64,000 nucleotides of DNA, taken from Daejeonella sp. Its GTDB lineage: Bacteria; Bacteroidota; Bacteroidia; Sphingobacteriales; Sphingobacteriaceae. Under the pieces are notes generated by a model. It searched no databases. It was not told the DNA's origin and was given only the letters and a program-made list of their open reading frames with translations. Below are positions 51,019 through 61,083 of the stretch, one piece after another (within the stretch, counting starts at the first letter, position 1; each line of letters opens with the position of its first letter). Location: contig JBDTLL010000001.1 of the NCBI GenBank assembly GCA_039934815.1, positions 1,010-65,009 of the forward strand, given 5' to 3'. Position numbers and translations under genes: made by a program.

Positions 51019-51102
51019 TTTGTTTGAATGTAATTTGCGGGTGTGTAAGATCTGCAAAATTCAAATCTGAACTTTTCATTAAATTTTAATTAAATTGTAG
51101 AT

Positions 51103-51462
51103 ATGGCACATTCAACAGAATTTGAAAATTTAGTAAACGAAGCAAAAAAGAATATTTCTGAACTTACCGTTGCTCAAACTTTAGAGCGGGTCCAGGCCGG
51201 AGCGGTAGTTATTGACGTACGTGAAGATAATGAATGGGACAAGGGACACGTTAAAGACGCCATTCATTTGGGCCGTGGAATAATTGAAAGGGATATTATT
51301 GAGGAGATTCCTGATAAGGAATCTGAATTGATTTTATATTGCGGCGGCGGTTTCAGATCTGCGCTATCTGCAGAAAATTTGCAAAAAATGGGTTATAAAA
51401 ATGTTTATTCAATGGCCGGAGGCTGGCGTGCGTGGCAGGATCAAAAAGCGCCGGTGGAATAA
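51103..51462 (+). CDS. Rhodanese-like domain protein
   Basis: IDVRE, YCGGGFRS, SMAGG. Confidence 0.92.
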   Translation: MAHSTEFENLVNEAKKNISELTVAQTLERVQAGAVVIDVREDNEWDKGHVKDAIHLGRGIIERDIIEEIPDKESELILYCGGGFRSALSAENLQKMGYKNVYSMAGGWRAWQDQKAPVE

Positions 51463-51466
51463 ATAA

Positions 51467-52102
51467 TTACCCTTCTATCAGAAAAACATACAACTCTTTC
51501 GGCCCGTGAGCTCCTAAAACCAGAGTTTTTTCAATATCCGCCGTGCGACTTGGTCCGGTTATATTAGTTATCATCGATGGCAAATCCGGGCCATATTTAT
51601 CTTTCAATAATTTGAATCCGTCTTTCAAATCCAAAACCAACTGAGAAGTATAAGCGAAAACAATATGTATGTGCGGATAAATACTTAATCTACGTCCGGC
51701 TTCATTGCCATTAGAAACCATTACGCTGCCGTTTCTGGCCACTAAAGCTTCGCAAAGTGTTATTCCAACCTCAGCTTCTAAAAAATCCGTATCGGTACTG
51801 TAAAACGGGTATTCGTAGGTTTCCAAAACTTTTTGGAGTTTAGGCTCCCAGCAATAGATTTTGCGAAATTTTTTCACTTCAGCTAACTGAAGCAAATTTT
51901 CAATGAACTGAATTTCATCCTCGCAATAAACAAACTGTCCGGAAACGGCTGTTAATTGTTCAGCAAACAGCACTTCCAAATATTCGGTATTTTCGGCGTA
52001 CAATGCAGTTTCTTCCAGATTTGGATACGGATTGTCTCTCTTTTCTAAAAGAGCTTTACGTATCTTCTTCAGCATTTTTTCTTTGGAAGTGGTTTCTTTC
52101 AT
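51467..52102 (-). CDS. LUD domain (LutC/YkgG) protein
   Basis: ITGPSRTADIEKTLVLGAHGP. Confidence 0.92.
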   Translation of the reverse strand: MKETTSKEKMLKKIRKALLEKRDNPYPNLEETALYAENTEYLEVLFAEQLTAVSGQFVYCEDEIQFIENLLQLAEVKKFRKIYCWEPKLQKVLETYEYPFYSTDTDFLEAEVGITLCEALVARNGSVMVSNGNEAGRRLSIYPHIHIVFAYTSQLVLDLKDGFKLLKDKYGPDLPSMITNITGPSRTADIEKTLVLGAHGPKELYVFLIEG

Positions 52103-52108
52103 AGCCTT

Positions 52109-52142
52109 AAAAAATCAATCCGCAGACCAGGCTGCGGATTGA
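52109..52142 (-). terminator. Intrinsic terminator downstream of ftsH
   Basis: TCAATCCGCAG-accagg-CTGCGGATTGA stem with a T run on the minus strand. Confidence 0.75.
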
Positions 52143-52167
52143 ATATTAGTATAAGAAATTCTATAGG

Positions 52168-54258
52168 TTAATCTAACGCGGAGCGATTTTCTGGAAGATC
52201 CATGTTGTGATCTATAACACCTTCGTGCTCCAAATTTTCTTTTACATCATTCCCAGCTTCCGGCACACCGTTTACAAATTCATCATAAGTTGTACGATTA
52301 TCAAACGGGCGCTTTCCTAAAATTTCTTCCAGATCAGATTGAAACAATATTTCTTTTTCAAGAAGTTTCTGAGCCAGTTTTTCTAAACCTTCACGCTTCT
52401 CGGTCAATAACTCTTTTGTACGCACATATGCACGGTCAATCTGGTTACGAACTTCAATATCGATCATTTCAGAAGTTTTCTCTGAATATGGTTTGTTAAA
52501 CTGATATTCTCCTTGCGTATCATTAAAAGAAACATTACCAACTTTCGCATTCATACCATAAATGGTAACCATGGCATAAGATAGTTTTGTTATTCTTTCA
52601 AGGTCATTCTGAGCACCGGTTGAAATTTTGCTGAAAACTAAATCTTCGGCAACACGACCACCCAATGTCATACACATTCCGTCTAATAACTGCTCTGTAG
52701 TATATAAAAACTGCTCTTTAGGTAAATACTGCGCATAACCTAAAGCTGCAACACCACGTGGAACAATTGATACTTTTACCAGCGGATCTGCATGCTCCAG
52801 AAACCATCCCGCAATAGCGTGGCCAGCCTCATGATATGCAACAATTCGTTTTTCTTCCGGAGATATGATCTTATTCTTTTTCTCCAAACCGCCAATAACA
52901 CGGTCAATTGCATCCTGGAAATCATGCATATCTACCGCTTCTTTATCCCGTCTGGCTGCAATTAAAGCAGCTTCGTTACAAACGTTTGCAATTTCTGCTC
53001 CCGCGAAACCTGGAGTTTGCGCAGATAGTTTCTTTGCATCAACTGCTTCAGCAAGTTTTAATGGCTTTAAATGAACTTTAAATATTTGCTCACGTCCAAC
53101 TAAATCTGGTTTGTCAATAGAAATCTGACGGTCAAATCTGCCCGGACGAAGCAAGGCTGTATCCAATACATCCGGACGGTTAGTTGCTGCAAGAATAATA
53201 ATTCCGGAATCTGTACCGAAACCATCCATTTCAACAAGCAACTGATTCAGCGTATTTTCACGCTCATCATTACCACCAACAATATTATTCTTTCCACGTG
53301 CACGACCGATGGCATCAATCTCATCAATAAAGATGATACATGGCGCCTTGTCTTTTGCCTGCTTAAATAAATCACGTACTCTGGAAGCACCAACACCCAC
53401 AAACATTTCAACAAAGTCAGATCCTGACAAAGAGAAAAATGGAACCTGAGCTTCACCTGCAACAGCTTTAGCCATTAAGGTTTTACCCGTTCCGGGTGCG
53501 CCAACCAATAAAGCTCCTTTCGGGATTTTACCTCCCAGATTGGTATATTTCTTCGGATTTTTTAGGAAATCTACAATCTCCATAACTTCCTGCTTGGCTT
53601 CTTCTAAACCTGCAACGTCATTAAACGTGATAGAAACCTGTGTTTCTTTATCAAATAAAGTGGCTTTACTTTTTCCGATATTAAAGATTTGACCACCGGC
53701 ACCACCGCCTGAGCCACCGCCCATACGACGCATAATGAATACCCAGAAACCGATTAATAAAAGAACCGGTAAAATAAACGACATGAACCAGCCGGCCCAC
53801 GGACTTTCTCTGGATTCGATATTTAAAGGAGTGCGCTGTTCTGCCGGAATTTCCTTTTCGGCTTCTTTTAATTTAGCTTGTAAGCCGTCAAAAGACCCAT
53901 CCGTGAAAACGTAATGAGGGTTATTTGCCGAAATATTAAAATTGCTTTTGGTCTTCAGGTCGTTGTATTTCGATTGATTTAAACGATCTTTTTTAATATA
54001 AACCTCAACAGCAATCAGGTCATTACTTTTATATGCAACAAGCTTTTCCACATCACGTGGCTTAAGCATTTCGTTCTCAAATTTCTGGTAAGTGATAGGC
54101 TTAGCGTTATTGCCGCTAAACATATACTGAACAACAAAAAGACCAATTATAATTGCGGCATAAAGCCACATAATATTAAATTTTGGTGCTTTTGGGATGA
54201 TTTTTTTACCAGGTATTTTTTTTATTGGCTTTTTATTATCTGATTTATTCTCTTTCAT
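52168..54258 (-). CDS. ftsH: ATP-dependent zinc metalloprotease FtsH
   Basis: Two TM helices, [28 protein letters not shown]. Confidence 0.98.
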   Translation of the reverse strand: MKENKSDNKKPIKKIPGKKIIPKAPKFNIMWLYAAIIIGLFVVQYMFSGNNAKPITYQKFENEMLKPRDVEKLVAYKSNDLIAVEVYIKKDRLNQSKYNDLKTKSNFNISANNPHYVFTDGSFDGLQAKLKEAEKEIPAEQRTPLNIESRESPWAGWFMSFILPVLLLIGFWVFIMRRMGGGSGGGAGGQIFNIGKSKATLFDKETQVSITFNDVAGLEEAKQEVMEIVDFLKNPKKYTNLGGKIPKGALLVGAPGTGKTLMAKAVAGEAQVPFFSLSGSDFVEMFVGVGASRVRDLFKQAKDKAPCIIFIDEIDAIGRARGKNNIVGGNDERENTLNQLLVEMDGFGTDSGIIILAATNRPDVLDTALLRPGRFDRQISIDKPDLVGREQIFKVHLKPLKLAEAVDAKKLSAQTPGFAGAEIANVCNEAALIAARRDKEAVDMHDFQDAIDRVIGGLEKKNKIISPEEKRIVAYHEAGHAIAGWFLEHADPLVKVSIVPRGVAALGYAQYLPKEQFLYTTEQLLDGMCMTLGGRVAEDLVFSKISTGAQNDLERITKLSYAMVTIYGMNAKVGNVSFNDTQGEYQFNKPYSEKTSEMIDIEVRNQIDRAYVRTKELLTEKREGLEKLAQKLLEKEILFQSDLEEILGKRPFDNRTTYDEFVNGVPEAGNDVKENLEHEGVIDHNMDLPENRSALD

Positions 54259-54313
54259 TTTTCTTTTTTCAACAAGAATGTATTTATACTAACGAAACGC
54301 AGGGAATTATGGT

Positions 54314-54688
54314 TTAAGCGCTCTTGTAAAACTGCATTTCTGCATCGCCCCAAAGGTCTTCAATTCCGTAAAATTCGCGTTTGTCTGTTTTAAAGATGTG
54401 CACTACTACATCAATGTAATCTAAAAGTATCCATTCGCCATGTTGTAAACCTTCTTTTCTGCGAGGTTCTTCTTTTAAAGCTTTATAAACTTCTTCTTCA
54501 ACGCTGGCCGCGATGGCTTTTACCTGAGTGCTGGAATCGGCGTGACATACAACAAAATAATCAGCTACCGAACTATGTATATTCCTTAAATCTAAACGTA
54601 CAATATCATTACCTTTTTTTTCCTGAATACCATGTACTACTATTTCTGAGATGGAAGTGGATTCGAGTGCGGTTTTGTTTTTTACCAT
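54314..54688 (-). CDS. rsfS: Ribosome silencing factor
   Basis: ADYFVV, WILLDY.DVVVHIF, REFYGIEDLW. Confidence 0.95.
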   Translation of the reverse strand: MVKNKTALESTSISEIVVHGIQEKKGNDIVRLDLRNIHSSVADYFVVCHADSSTQVKAIAASVEEEVYKALKEEPRRKEGLQHGEWILLDYIDVVVHIFKTDKREFYGIEDLWGDAEMQFYKSA

Positions 54689-54731
54689 TAAAAAATTTTA
54701 GTTTTGAACAATTAATTTAGTGCTTCTGACT

Positions 54732-55502
54732 TTGCAAAATAACATTTTTTTAGGATTATTTGTTGGACATAAAATTGTCACATTAAAAGAGGTTAATTCA
54801 ACAAATGCCTTTCTTAAACATAGTTTGTCAAATTCTGCGCCATTTGCCGAAGGCACTGTTATAATGGCAGAAAAGCAGTTGGCGGGTCGTGGTCAAACTG
54901 ATAATGCATGGCATAGTGAGGAAGGTAAAAATTTAACCTTTAGCGTTCTGTTAAATCCCAAATTCTTAGATGTAAGTAAGCAGTTTGAACTGAATAAGGC
55001 AATGAGTTTAGCTTTAAATGATGTTTTAGCAGGTTATTTCGGCGATGATGCTAAAATAAAATGGCCGAATGATAGTTATATCGGCAACAAAAAAATAGCC
55101 GGAATGCTTATTGAAAATGTCGTTCAAGGCACTAAAATAAAACATGCCATTGTAGGCATAGGATTGAATATTAATCAGTCTGAGTTTCCGGAATCATTAC
55201 CCTACGCAACCTCCTTTAAAAAAATCTTACAAAATGATTATGATTTGCATGCAATATTAGTCGAAATTTGCGCCGCAATTGAAGCACGTTATTTGCAGTT
55301 GCGTGCAGGTAAATATGATTTGTTACATGCAGAATATCTGAAAACGCTTTATCAATACAATACGGTTAATACCTATAAATTTGATGGAGTAGTACAGAAC
55401 GGGAAGATCTGCGGGATAAGTAAGGAAGGCTTTTTACAGGTTGAAACAGATAAAGGGCAGAGAGAATTCAGCATTAAAGAAATTGAATTTTTAAAGACCT
55501 GA
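54732..55502 (+). CDS. birA: Biotin--protein ligase (group I, no HTH)
   Basis: STN, QLAGRGQ, IKWPND, KKIAGML, GIGLN; start uncertain (TTG 54732 or GTG 54720). Confidence 0.93.
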   Translation: MQNNIFLGLFVGHKIVTLKEVNSTNAFLKHSLSNSAPFAEGTVIMAEKQLAGRGQTDNAWHSEEGKNLTFSVLLNPKFLDVSKQFELNKAMSLALNDVLAGYFGDDAKIKWPNDSYIGNKKIAGMLIENVVQGTKIKHAIVGIGLNINQSEFPESLPYATSFKKILQNDYDLHAILVEICAAIEARYLQLRAGKYDLLHAEYLKTLYQYNTVNTYKFDGVVQNGKICGISKEGFLQVETDKGQREFSIKEIEFLKT

Positions 55503-55559
55503 TAATTTTTTGATGAATAAGCTGTAAAATGCAGCTCCGATTTTTAACTAGATAATAAA

Positions 55560-57617
55560 ATGAAGAAACTATTAGGTTTTATCCTGATCCTATTTGCCGT
55601 TACCTCACAGGCCCAAATTCTCGAACCCGTTAAATGGAGTTTCTCTTCTAAAACAATTAATGATAAAGAAGCAGAGTTAATTCTAATCGCTAAAATTGAT
55701 AAAGGTTGGCATGTTTACTCACAGTTTATAGAAGAAGGCGGTCCGGTGCCAACGTCATTTACATTTAAACCATCTCCCGATTATAAACTGGTTGGTAAAG
55801 TTTCTGAAAGTCCAAAACCGATTACGGCGATGGACAAAACCTTTGATATGAAAATCGCATATCACGAAAACCTGGTTACTTTTAAACAGAAAATCAGGTT
55901 GAATAAGCCTAAGACTTCCGTTTCCGGGAGTTTAGAATATATGGTTTGTAATGACGAACGTTGCCTGCCTCCATCAGAAGTAGAATTTAAAATTCCTGTT
56001 GAGTATAAAGGTTCCGCGGCTGTTGCTAATAACGCTGCAAGCGTTCCTTTGGTTCAAACCCAACCAGAAGTTGTTAAACCGACGGATACAATACAAGACC
56101 TTCCGGGCATTGCGCCTCCGGTAAGTGCAGATACTGCTAGTGTTAAAGAAAAAATTTCTCAGCCAGAGCCGGTAACCGAAAAATCAACATCTTTTTGGGG
56201 CATTTTTATAGCTGGTTTTATAGGCGGTTTGGCCGCGTTTTTTATGCCATGTATTTACCCCATGATTCCGTTAACGGTTTCGTTTTTCACCAAGAAAGCC
56301 GGAAGTCGGGCAAAGGGAATTCAAAGTGCAATTATCTATGGTCTTTCAATTATTATCATTTATGTGGCCTTAGGTTTATTGATAACCTTAATTTTTGGTG
56401 CTTCGGCGTTGAATGAGGCGGCCAGTAGCGCCACATTTAATCTTTTGTTTTTTGCTGCTCTGGTTGTTTTCGCGGTTTCTTTTCTGGGTGCTTTCGAAAT
56501 TACCCTTCCCTCGTCTTTAGTTAACAAAATGGACGAAAAGTCTAATAAAGGCGGATTTATTGGCCTTTTCTTTATGGCTTTTACACTGGCATTGGTTTCC
56601 TTTTCTTGTACCGGACCAATTATTGGAACTTTGTTGGTTGATGCAGTTTCCAAAGGTTCATACCTTGGGCCGGCCATCGGAATGTTTGGATTTTCATCCG
56701 CTTTAGCGATACCATTTACGTTATTTGCAATTTTCCCTTCCTGGTTAAAAGAAATGCCAAAATCTGGTGGTTGGTTAAATACCGTTAAGGTTTCTTTAGG
56801 TTTTCTGGAACTTGCGCTGGCTTTCAAATTCTTGTCAAACGTAGATTTGGCTTACCATTGGGGAGTTTTTGACCGCGATGTTTTCCTTGCCATTTGGATT
56901 ATCATCTTCGCAATATGGGGATTCTATTTATTGGGAAAAATAAAGCTTTCGCACGATTCAGAGATCAGCTTTATTTCGCTGCCGCGATTGTTTTTCGCCA
57001 TGTTTGTTCTTGGTTTTACCTTGTACATGGTTCCCGGATTATGGGGAGCACCGCTAAAAGCAATTAGTGCCTGGTTGCCCCCACAACCTACCCAGGATTT
57101 TGATTTATATACCAATTCAGGATCATCCGCCTCTGCGCAAACCGCGGGGAAAAAATATGCGGGTTTATTTCATGCTCCACATGGCCTGGATGCATTTTAT
57201 GATTATGAAGAAGGAATTGCTTATTCAAAAAAAGTAAATAAACCGGTGCTGTTAGATTTTACAGGCTGGAGCTGCGTAAATTGCCGTAAAATGGAAGCCA
57301 GCGTTTGGCCGGATGCAGGCGTTTTAAACCAGCTAAAGAATGATTACGTTTTAATTTCACTTTATGTGGATGATAAAACCGAACTTCCGGAAAACGAAAA
57401 ATATAAGTCGCTTTTCAGCGGAAAAGAAATAAAAACGCTTGGTCAGAAGTGGAGCGACTTGCAAGCTTCAAAATTTGGAACCAATTCACAGCCGTATTAC
57501 GTAATCACAGATTACAATAAAAAAACGTTAGTGGCTCCACAGGCATTTAACCTGGACATTAACAATTACATTCAATTTTTAAAGAGCGGCAAGGCAGAAT
57601 TTGATCGCGTAAATTAA
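55560..57617 (+). CDS. dsbD: Thiol:disulfide interchange protein DsbD family
   Basis: N-domain CNDERC, TM cysteines PCIYP/SCTGP, thioredoxin CVNC. Confidence 0.92.
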   Translation: MKKLLGFILILFAVTSQAQILEPVKWSFSSKTINDKEAELILIAKIDKGWHVYSQFIEEGGPVPTSFTFKPSPDYKLVGKVSESPKPITAMDKTFDMKIAYHENLVTFKQKIRLNKPKTSVSGSLEYMVCNDERCLPPSEVEFKIPVEYKGSAAVANNAASVPLVQTQPEVVKPTDTIQDLPGIAPPVSADTASVKEKISQPEPVTEKSTSFWGIFIAGFIGGLAAFFMPCIYPMIPLTVSFFTKKAGSRAKGIQSAIIYGLSIIIIYVALGLLITLIFGASALNEAASSATFNLLFFAALVVFAVSFLGAFEITLPSSLVNKMDEKSNKGGFIGLFFMAFTLALVSFSCTGPIIGTLLVDAVSKGSYLGPAIGMFGFSSALAIPFTLFAIFPSWLKEMPKSGGWLNTVKVSLGFLELALAFKFLSNVDLAYHWGVFDRDVFLAIWIIIFAIWGFYLLGKIKLSHDSEISFISLPRLFFAMFVLGFTLYMVPGLWGAPLKAISAWLPPQPTQDFDLYTNSGSSASAQTAGKKYAGLFHAPHGLDAFYDYEEGIAYSKKVNKPVLLDFTGWSCVNCRKMEASVWPDAGVLNQLKNDYVLISLYVDDKTELPENEKYKSLFSGKEIKTLGQKWSDLQASKFGTNSQPYYVITDYNKKTLVAPQAFNLDINNYIQFLKSGKAEFDRVN

Positions 57618-57618
57618 C

Positions 57619-58596
57619 ATGAGTAAAATTAAAAACATTGGCGTTTTTACTTCCGGAGGCGATTCTCCGGGGATGAATGCAGCTATACGTGCCGTTGTGC
57701 GTACCGCATTATATTATGACCTGAAAGTAACGGGCATCATGCGTGGATATGATGGATTAATAAGCGGTGATTTTGTCCCGATGGAAAGAAAATCCGTTGC
57801 GAATATAATTCAGCGGGGCGGAACTATTTTAAAAACTGCCCGCTGTATGGATTTTCATACCAAAGAAGGCCGGGCAAAAGCTTACGAGCAAGTTAAAAAA
57901 GCCGGCATAGATAGCCTGATTGCAATAGGTGGCGATGGAACTTTTACCGGCGCTAATATTTTTATCAATGAGTTTAATATCCCCGTAATGGGATTGCCCG
58001 GAACTATTGATAATGATTTATATGGTACAGATTATACAATTGGATATGATACTGCTATTAACACGGTTGTAGATGCTGTTGATAAAATCAGAGACACAGC
58101 AGAATCTCACGACAGATTATTTATAGTGGAAGTTATGGGCCGGGATTCGGGCCTGATTGCATTAAGAAGTGGAATTGGCGCCGGCGCCGAATCGATTTTA
58201 ATTCCGGAAACCCAAACAGATATTAAAGCTCTTTTAGATCGTTTAGGTAAAGGGAGAAAAGATAAATCTTCCAAAATTATTATTGTTGCCGAAGGCGATA
58301 ATGCTGGTGGCGCTTTTGAAATTGCGAGTTCTGTAAAATCAAAATACCCGTCCATCGATACCCGGGTTTCAATTTTAGGTCACATTCAGCGTGGCGGAGC
58401 ACCAACTTGTATGGATCGGGTTTTAGCAAGTCGTTTAGGCGTTGCGGCAGTTGAGGCTTTAATGGAGGGCCGTAAAGGCGAAATGATTGGAATTGTAGAT
58501 AAAAAAATCCAGTTTACTCCTTTTGGGCATGCCATTAAACATATCTCAGAGGCTAATCCGGACTTGTTAAAAATCGTTGAAATCTTGTCGCTATAA
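57619..58596 (+). CDS. pfkA: 6-phosphofructokinase
   Basis: TSGGDSPGMNA, GGDG, PGTIDND, EVMGR, GHIQRGG. Confidence 0.97.
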   Translation: MSKIKNIGVFTSGGDSPGMNAAIRAVVRTALYYDLKVTGIMRGYDGLISGDFVPMERKSVANIIQRGGTILKTARCMDFHTKEGRAKAYEQVKKAGIDSLIAIGGDGTFTGANIFINEFNIPVMGLPGTIDNDLYGTDYTIGYDTAINTVVDAVDKIRDTAESHDRLFIVEVMGRDSGLIALRSGIGAGAESILIPETQTDIKALLDRLGKGRKDKSSKIIIVAEGDNAGGAFEIASSVKSKYPSIDTRVSILGHIQRGGAPTCMDRVLASRLGVAAVEALMEGRKGEMIGIVDKKIQFTPFGHAIKHISEANPDLLKIVEILSL

Positions 58597-58694
58597 AGCA
58601 AGTTGGTTTATAAAACTCGTTCAATTTCCAAACAATATCACGTGAATATTAATTAATAACACATTGCTGTTTATTAAACCTATAAATTTTACGA

Positions 58695-60494
58695 ATGAAA
58701 AAGCTGTTTATTCCTCTACTTTTTGCTTCCATAATAAGCTCTTGCGCAGTTAACCGTACCACTCCACAAACTGCTCAGACATATTTAGATTCTTATACAA
58801 ACGAATATGTTCGATTATACACTGCGGCATCAGAAGCAGAATGGGCAGCGAATACGCACATAGTAGAAGGAGATACCAGCAATGCAGCTGCAGTTCAAAA
58901 AACTGGAGAAGCTTTCGCTGCCTTTACAGGAAGCAAAGAAAACATTGAAAAAGCTCAAAAATTTCTGAAGGATAAAAATGACCTGACCGAATTACAGGTA
59001 AAGCAACTCAATAAGATTTTATATGCTGCGGCAAATAACCCACAAACAGTTTCAGAAACTGTTAAAGAGCGTATAAAAGCAGAAAATGCACAAGTCGAAA
59101 AGCTTTTCGGTTTTGATTTTAAAATTGATGGTAAATCTGTTTCTGCAAATGATATTGATAACACTTTGCGTGAAGAAACCGACATGTCCAAAAGGTTAAA
59201 AGCCTGGGAAGCAAGTAAAGAAGTTGGGGTTGGTTTAAAAGATGGATTGGTTAATCTTCGCGATCTGCGAAATAAAACTGTTCAGGCATTGGGTTATAAA
59301 AATTATTTCGATTATCAGGTTTCTGATTACGGATTAACAAGCGACGAAATGATGAACCTGATTAGAAAATTGAACCAGGAATTACGTCCGCTTTACCGCG
59401 AATTACATACTTACGCACGTTATGAACTTGCAAAAAAATACAATGTAAAAGACGTTCCGGATTATTTACCGGCGCAATGGCTTCCAAACCGCTGGGCTCA
59501 GGATTGGAGTTCGATGGTAAAAGTTGAAGGCATGAACACAGATTCTGTTTTGAAAACTAAAACCGCCGAATGGATCGTGAAAGATGGTGAAGATTTCTAT
59601 AAAAGTTTAGGTTATTCTGCCCTTCCACAAACGTTCTGGGATAAATCAGATTTATATCCTGCACCAGAAGGCGCCAATTACAAAAAGAACAATCACGCTT
59701 CGGCCTGGCACATGGATTTACAGCAGGATGTTAGAAGTTTAATGAGTGTGGAACCAAATTCAGAATGGTACGAAACAGCGAACCATGAGCTGGGACATAT
59801 TTATTATTATATGACCTACACCAATAAGGATGTTCCGCCGCTTTTGCGTGAAGGTGCAAATCGTGCATATCATGAAGCAATGGGAAGTTTAATGGGTTTC
59901 GCAGCAATGCAAAAACCATTTCTGGAAAATAAAGGAATTATCGCCAAAGGAACTCAAACCAACGAAATTCAGGCGCTATTAAAGGAAGCGTTAAACTATG
60001 CTGTTTTCATTCCATTTTCTGCCGGAACCATGACTGAGTTTGAAAAGGAACTATACGCAGATAACCTTTCTAAAGATCAGTTGAATAAAAAATGGTGGGA
60101 ACTTGCTAAAAAGTATCAGGGAATTGTTCCGCCAACCGAACGTGGTGAGCAATATGCTGATGCCGCATCAAAAACGCATATTAATAACGATGCTGCTCAA
60201 TATTATGACTACGCACTTTCCTTTGTAATTCTTTTCCAATTGCATGATCATATTGCCAAAGAAATTTTAAAGCAAGATCCTAAAGCCACAAATTATTACG
60301 GAAATAAAGAAGTTGGCAAATTTTTGCAGAGTATTATGTATCCGGGATCAAGCAAAGACTGGAATCAGGTTTTAAAAGAAAAAACCGGCTCTGAGTTAAC
60401 AGCAAAACCAATGCTTGAGTATTTTGAGCCCTTAATGCAATGGTTAAAAAAAGAAAATCAGGGACGAAAATACACTCTTCCGGAAACGATATAA
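58695..60494 (+). CDS. M2 family (ACE-like) peptidyl-dipeptidase, lipoprotein
   Basis: ISSC lipobox, HASAW, HELGHIYY, GANRAYHEAMG, LFQLH. Confidence 0.9.
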   Translation: MKKLFIPLLFASIISSCAVNRTTPQTAQTYLDSYTNEYVRLYTAASEAEWAANTHIVEGDTSNAAAVQKTGEAFAAFTGSKENIEKAQKFLKDKNDLTELQVKQLNKILYAAANNPQTVSETVKERIKAENAQVEKLFGFDFKIDGKSVSANDIDNTLREETDMSKRLKAWEASKEVGVGLKDGLVNLRDLRNKTVQALGYKNYFDYQVSDYGLTSDEMMNLIRKLNQELRPLYRELHTYARYELAKKYNVKDVPDYLPAQWLPNRWAQDWSSMVKVEGMNTDSVLKTKTAEWIVKDGEDFYKSLGYSALPQTFWDKSDLYPAPEGANYKKNNHASAWHMDLQQDVRSLMSVEPNSEWYETANHELGHIYYYMTYTNKDVPPLLREGANRAYHEAMGSLMGFAAMQKPFLENKGIIAKGTQTNEIQALLKEALNYAVFIPFSAGTMTEFEKELYADNLSKDQLNKKWWELAKKYQGIVPPTERGEQYADAASKTHINNDAAQYYDYALSFVILFQLHDHIAKEILKQDPKATNYYGNKEVGKFLQSIMYPGSSKDWNQVLKEKTGSELTAKPMLEYFEPLMQWLKKENQGRKYTLPETI

Positions 60495-60509
60495 TTTTAA
60501 ACACCGCGT

Positions 60510-61076
60510 ATGGAGCGTATAAAAAAGCATTTTGAGCAAGCGTCCTCTTTGCTACAGGTTTTCCTTTCGGATGAACAAAACTTCTATCGGATTGAAGAAG
60601 CAGGCAAAATTTTAACAGAAGCGTTGTCAAATGGAAATAAAGTGATCTCTTGCGGCAATGGCGGTTCCATGTGCGATGCCATCCATTTTGCTGAAGAACT
60701 AACAGGCCGCTACCGCGATGACCGGAAACCTCTAGCCGCCATGGCTATTTCTGACCCGGGTTATTTGTCCTGCGTAGCTAATGATTACGGCTATTCGCAT
60801 GTTTTTTCAAGAATGGTGGAAGCGATGGGAAAATCGGGTGATGTTTTGCTGGCCATCAGCACCAGCGGAAATTCTGAAAATGTATTGAGTGCTATTAAAT
60901 CGGCGAAGCAAAAAGGAATGAAAGTAATTGGATTAACCGGCAAGAATGGCGGCGAAATGGCTTCGGTTTGTGATGTTGAGATCAGAGCGCCTTACTCAGA
61001 TTATGCTGATCGGGCTCAGGAAATCCACATAAAAATTATTCATTCTCTGATCGATTACATCGAAAAAAACATTTAA
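60510..61076 (+). CDS. gmhA: D-sedoheptulose 7-phosphate isomerase
   Basis: [39 protein letters not shown]. Confidence 0.92.
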   Translation: MERIKKHFEQASSLLQVFLSDEQNFYRIEEAGKILTEALSNGNKVISCGNGGSMCDAIHFAEELTGRYRDDRKPLAAMAISDPGYLSCVANDYGYSHVFSRMVEAMGKSGDVLLAISTSGNSENVLSAIKSAKQKGMKVIGLTGKNGGEMASVCDVEIRAPYSDYADRAQEIHIKIIHSLIDYIEKNI

Positions 61077-61083
61077 AAACTAC

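Noticed and set aside
44427-51044. Possible att-like direct repeat flanking the operon (TTTGTGGGTGT at 44427, TTTGCGGGTGT at 51034)
   Set aside because: Only 10/11 bp match, with no integrase or tRNA; compatible with chance.
52750-52765. parS-like CCACGTGGAACA inside ftsH
   Set aside because: Only one arm matches, and it is explained by the conserved VPRG codons.
58634-58649. AATATCACGTGAATAT in the pfkA-peptidase spacer as parS
   Set aside because: The core TCACGTGA is present but both GTT/AAC arms are missing.
60510-61076. DiaA (DnaA-associated GmhA paralogue), suggested by origin proximity
   Set aside because: It retains GmhA catalytic motifs (HFAEE, QEIH) and resembles GmhA throughout.
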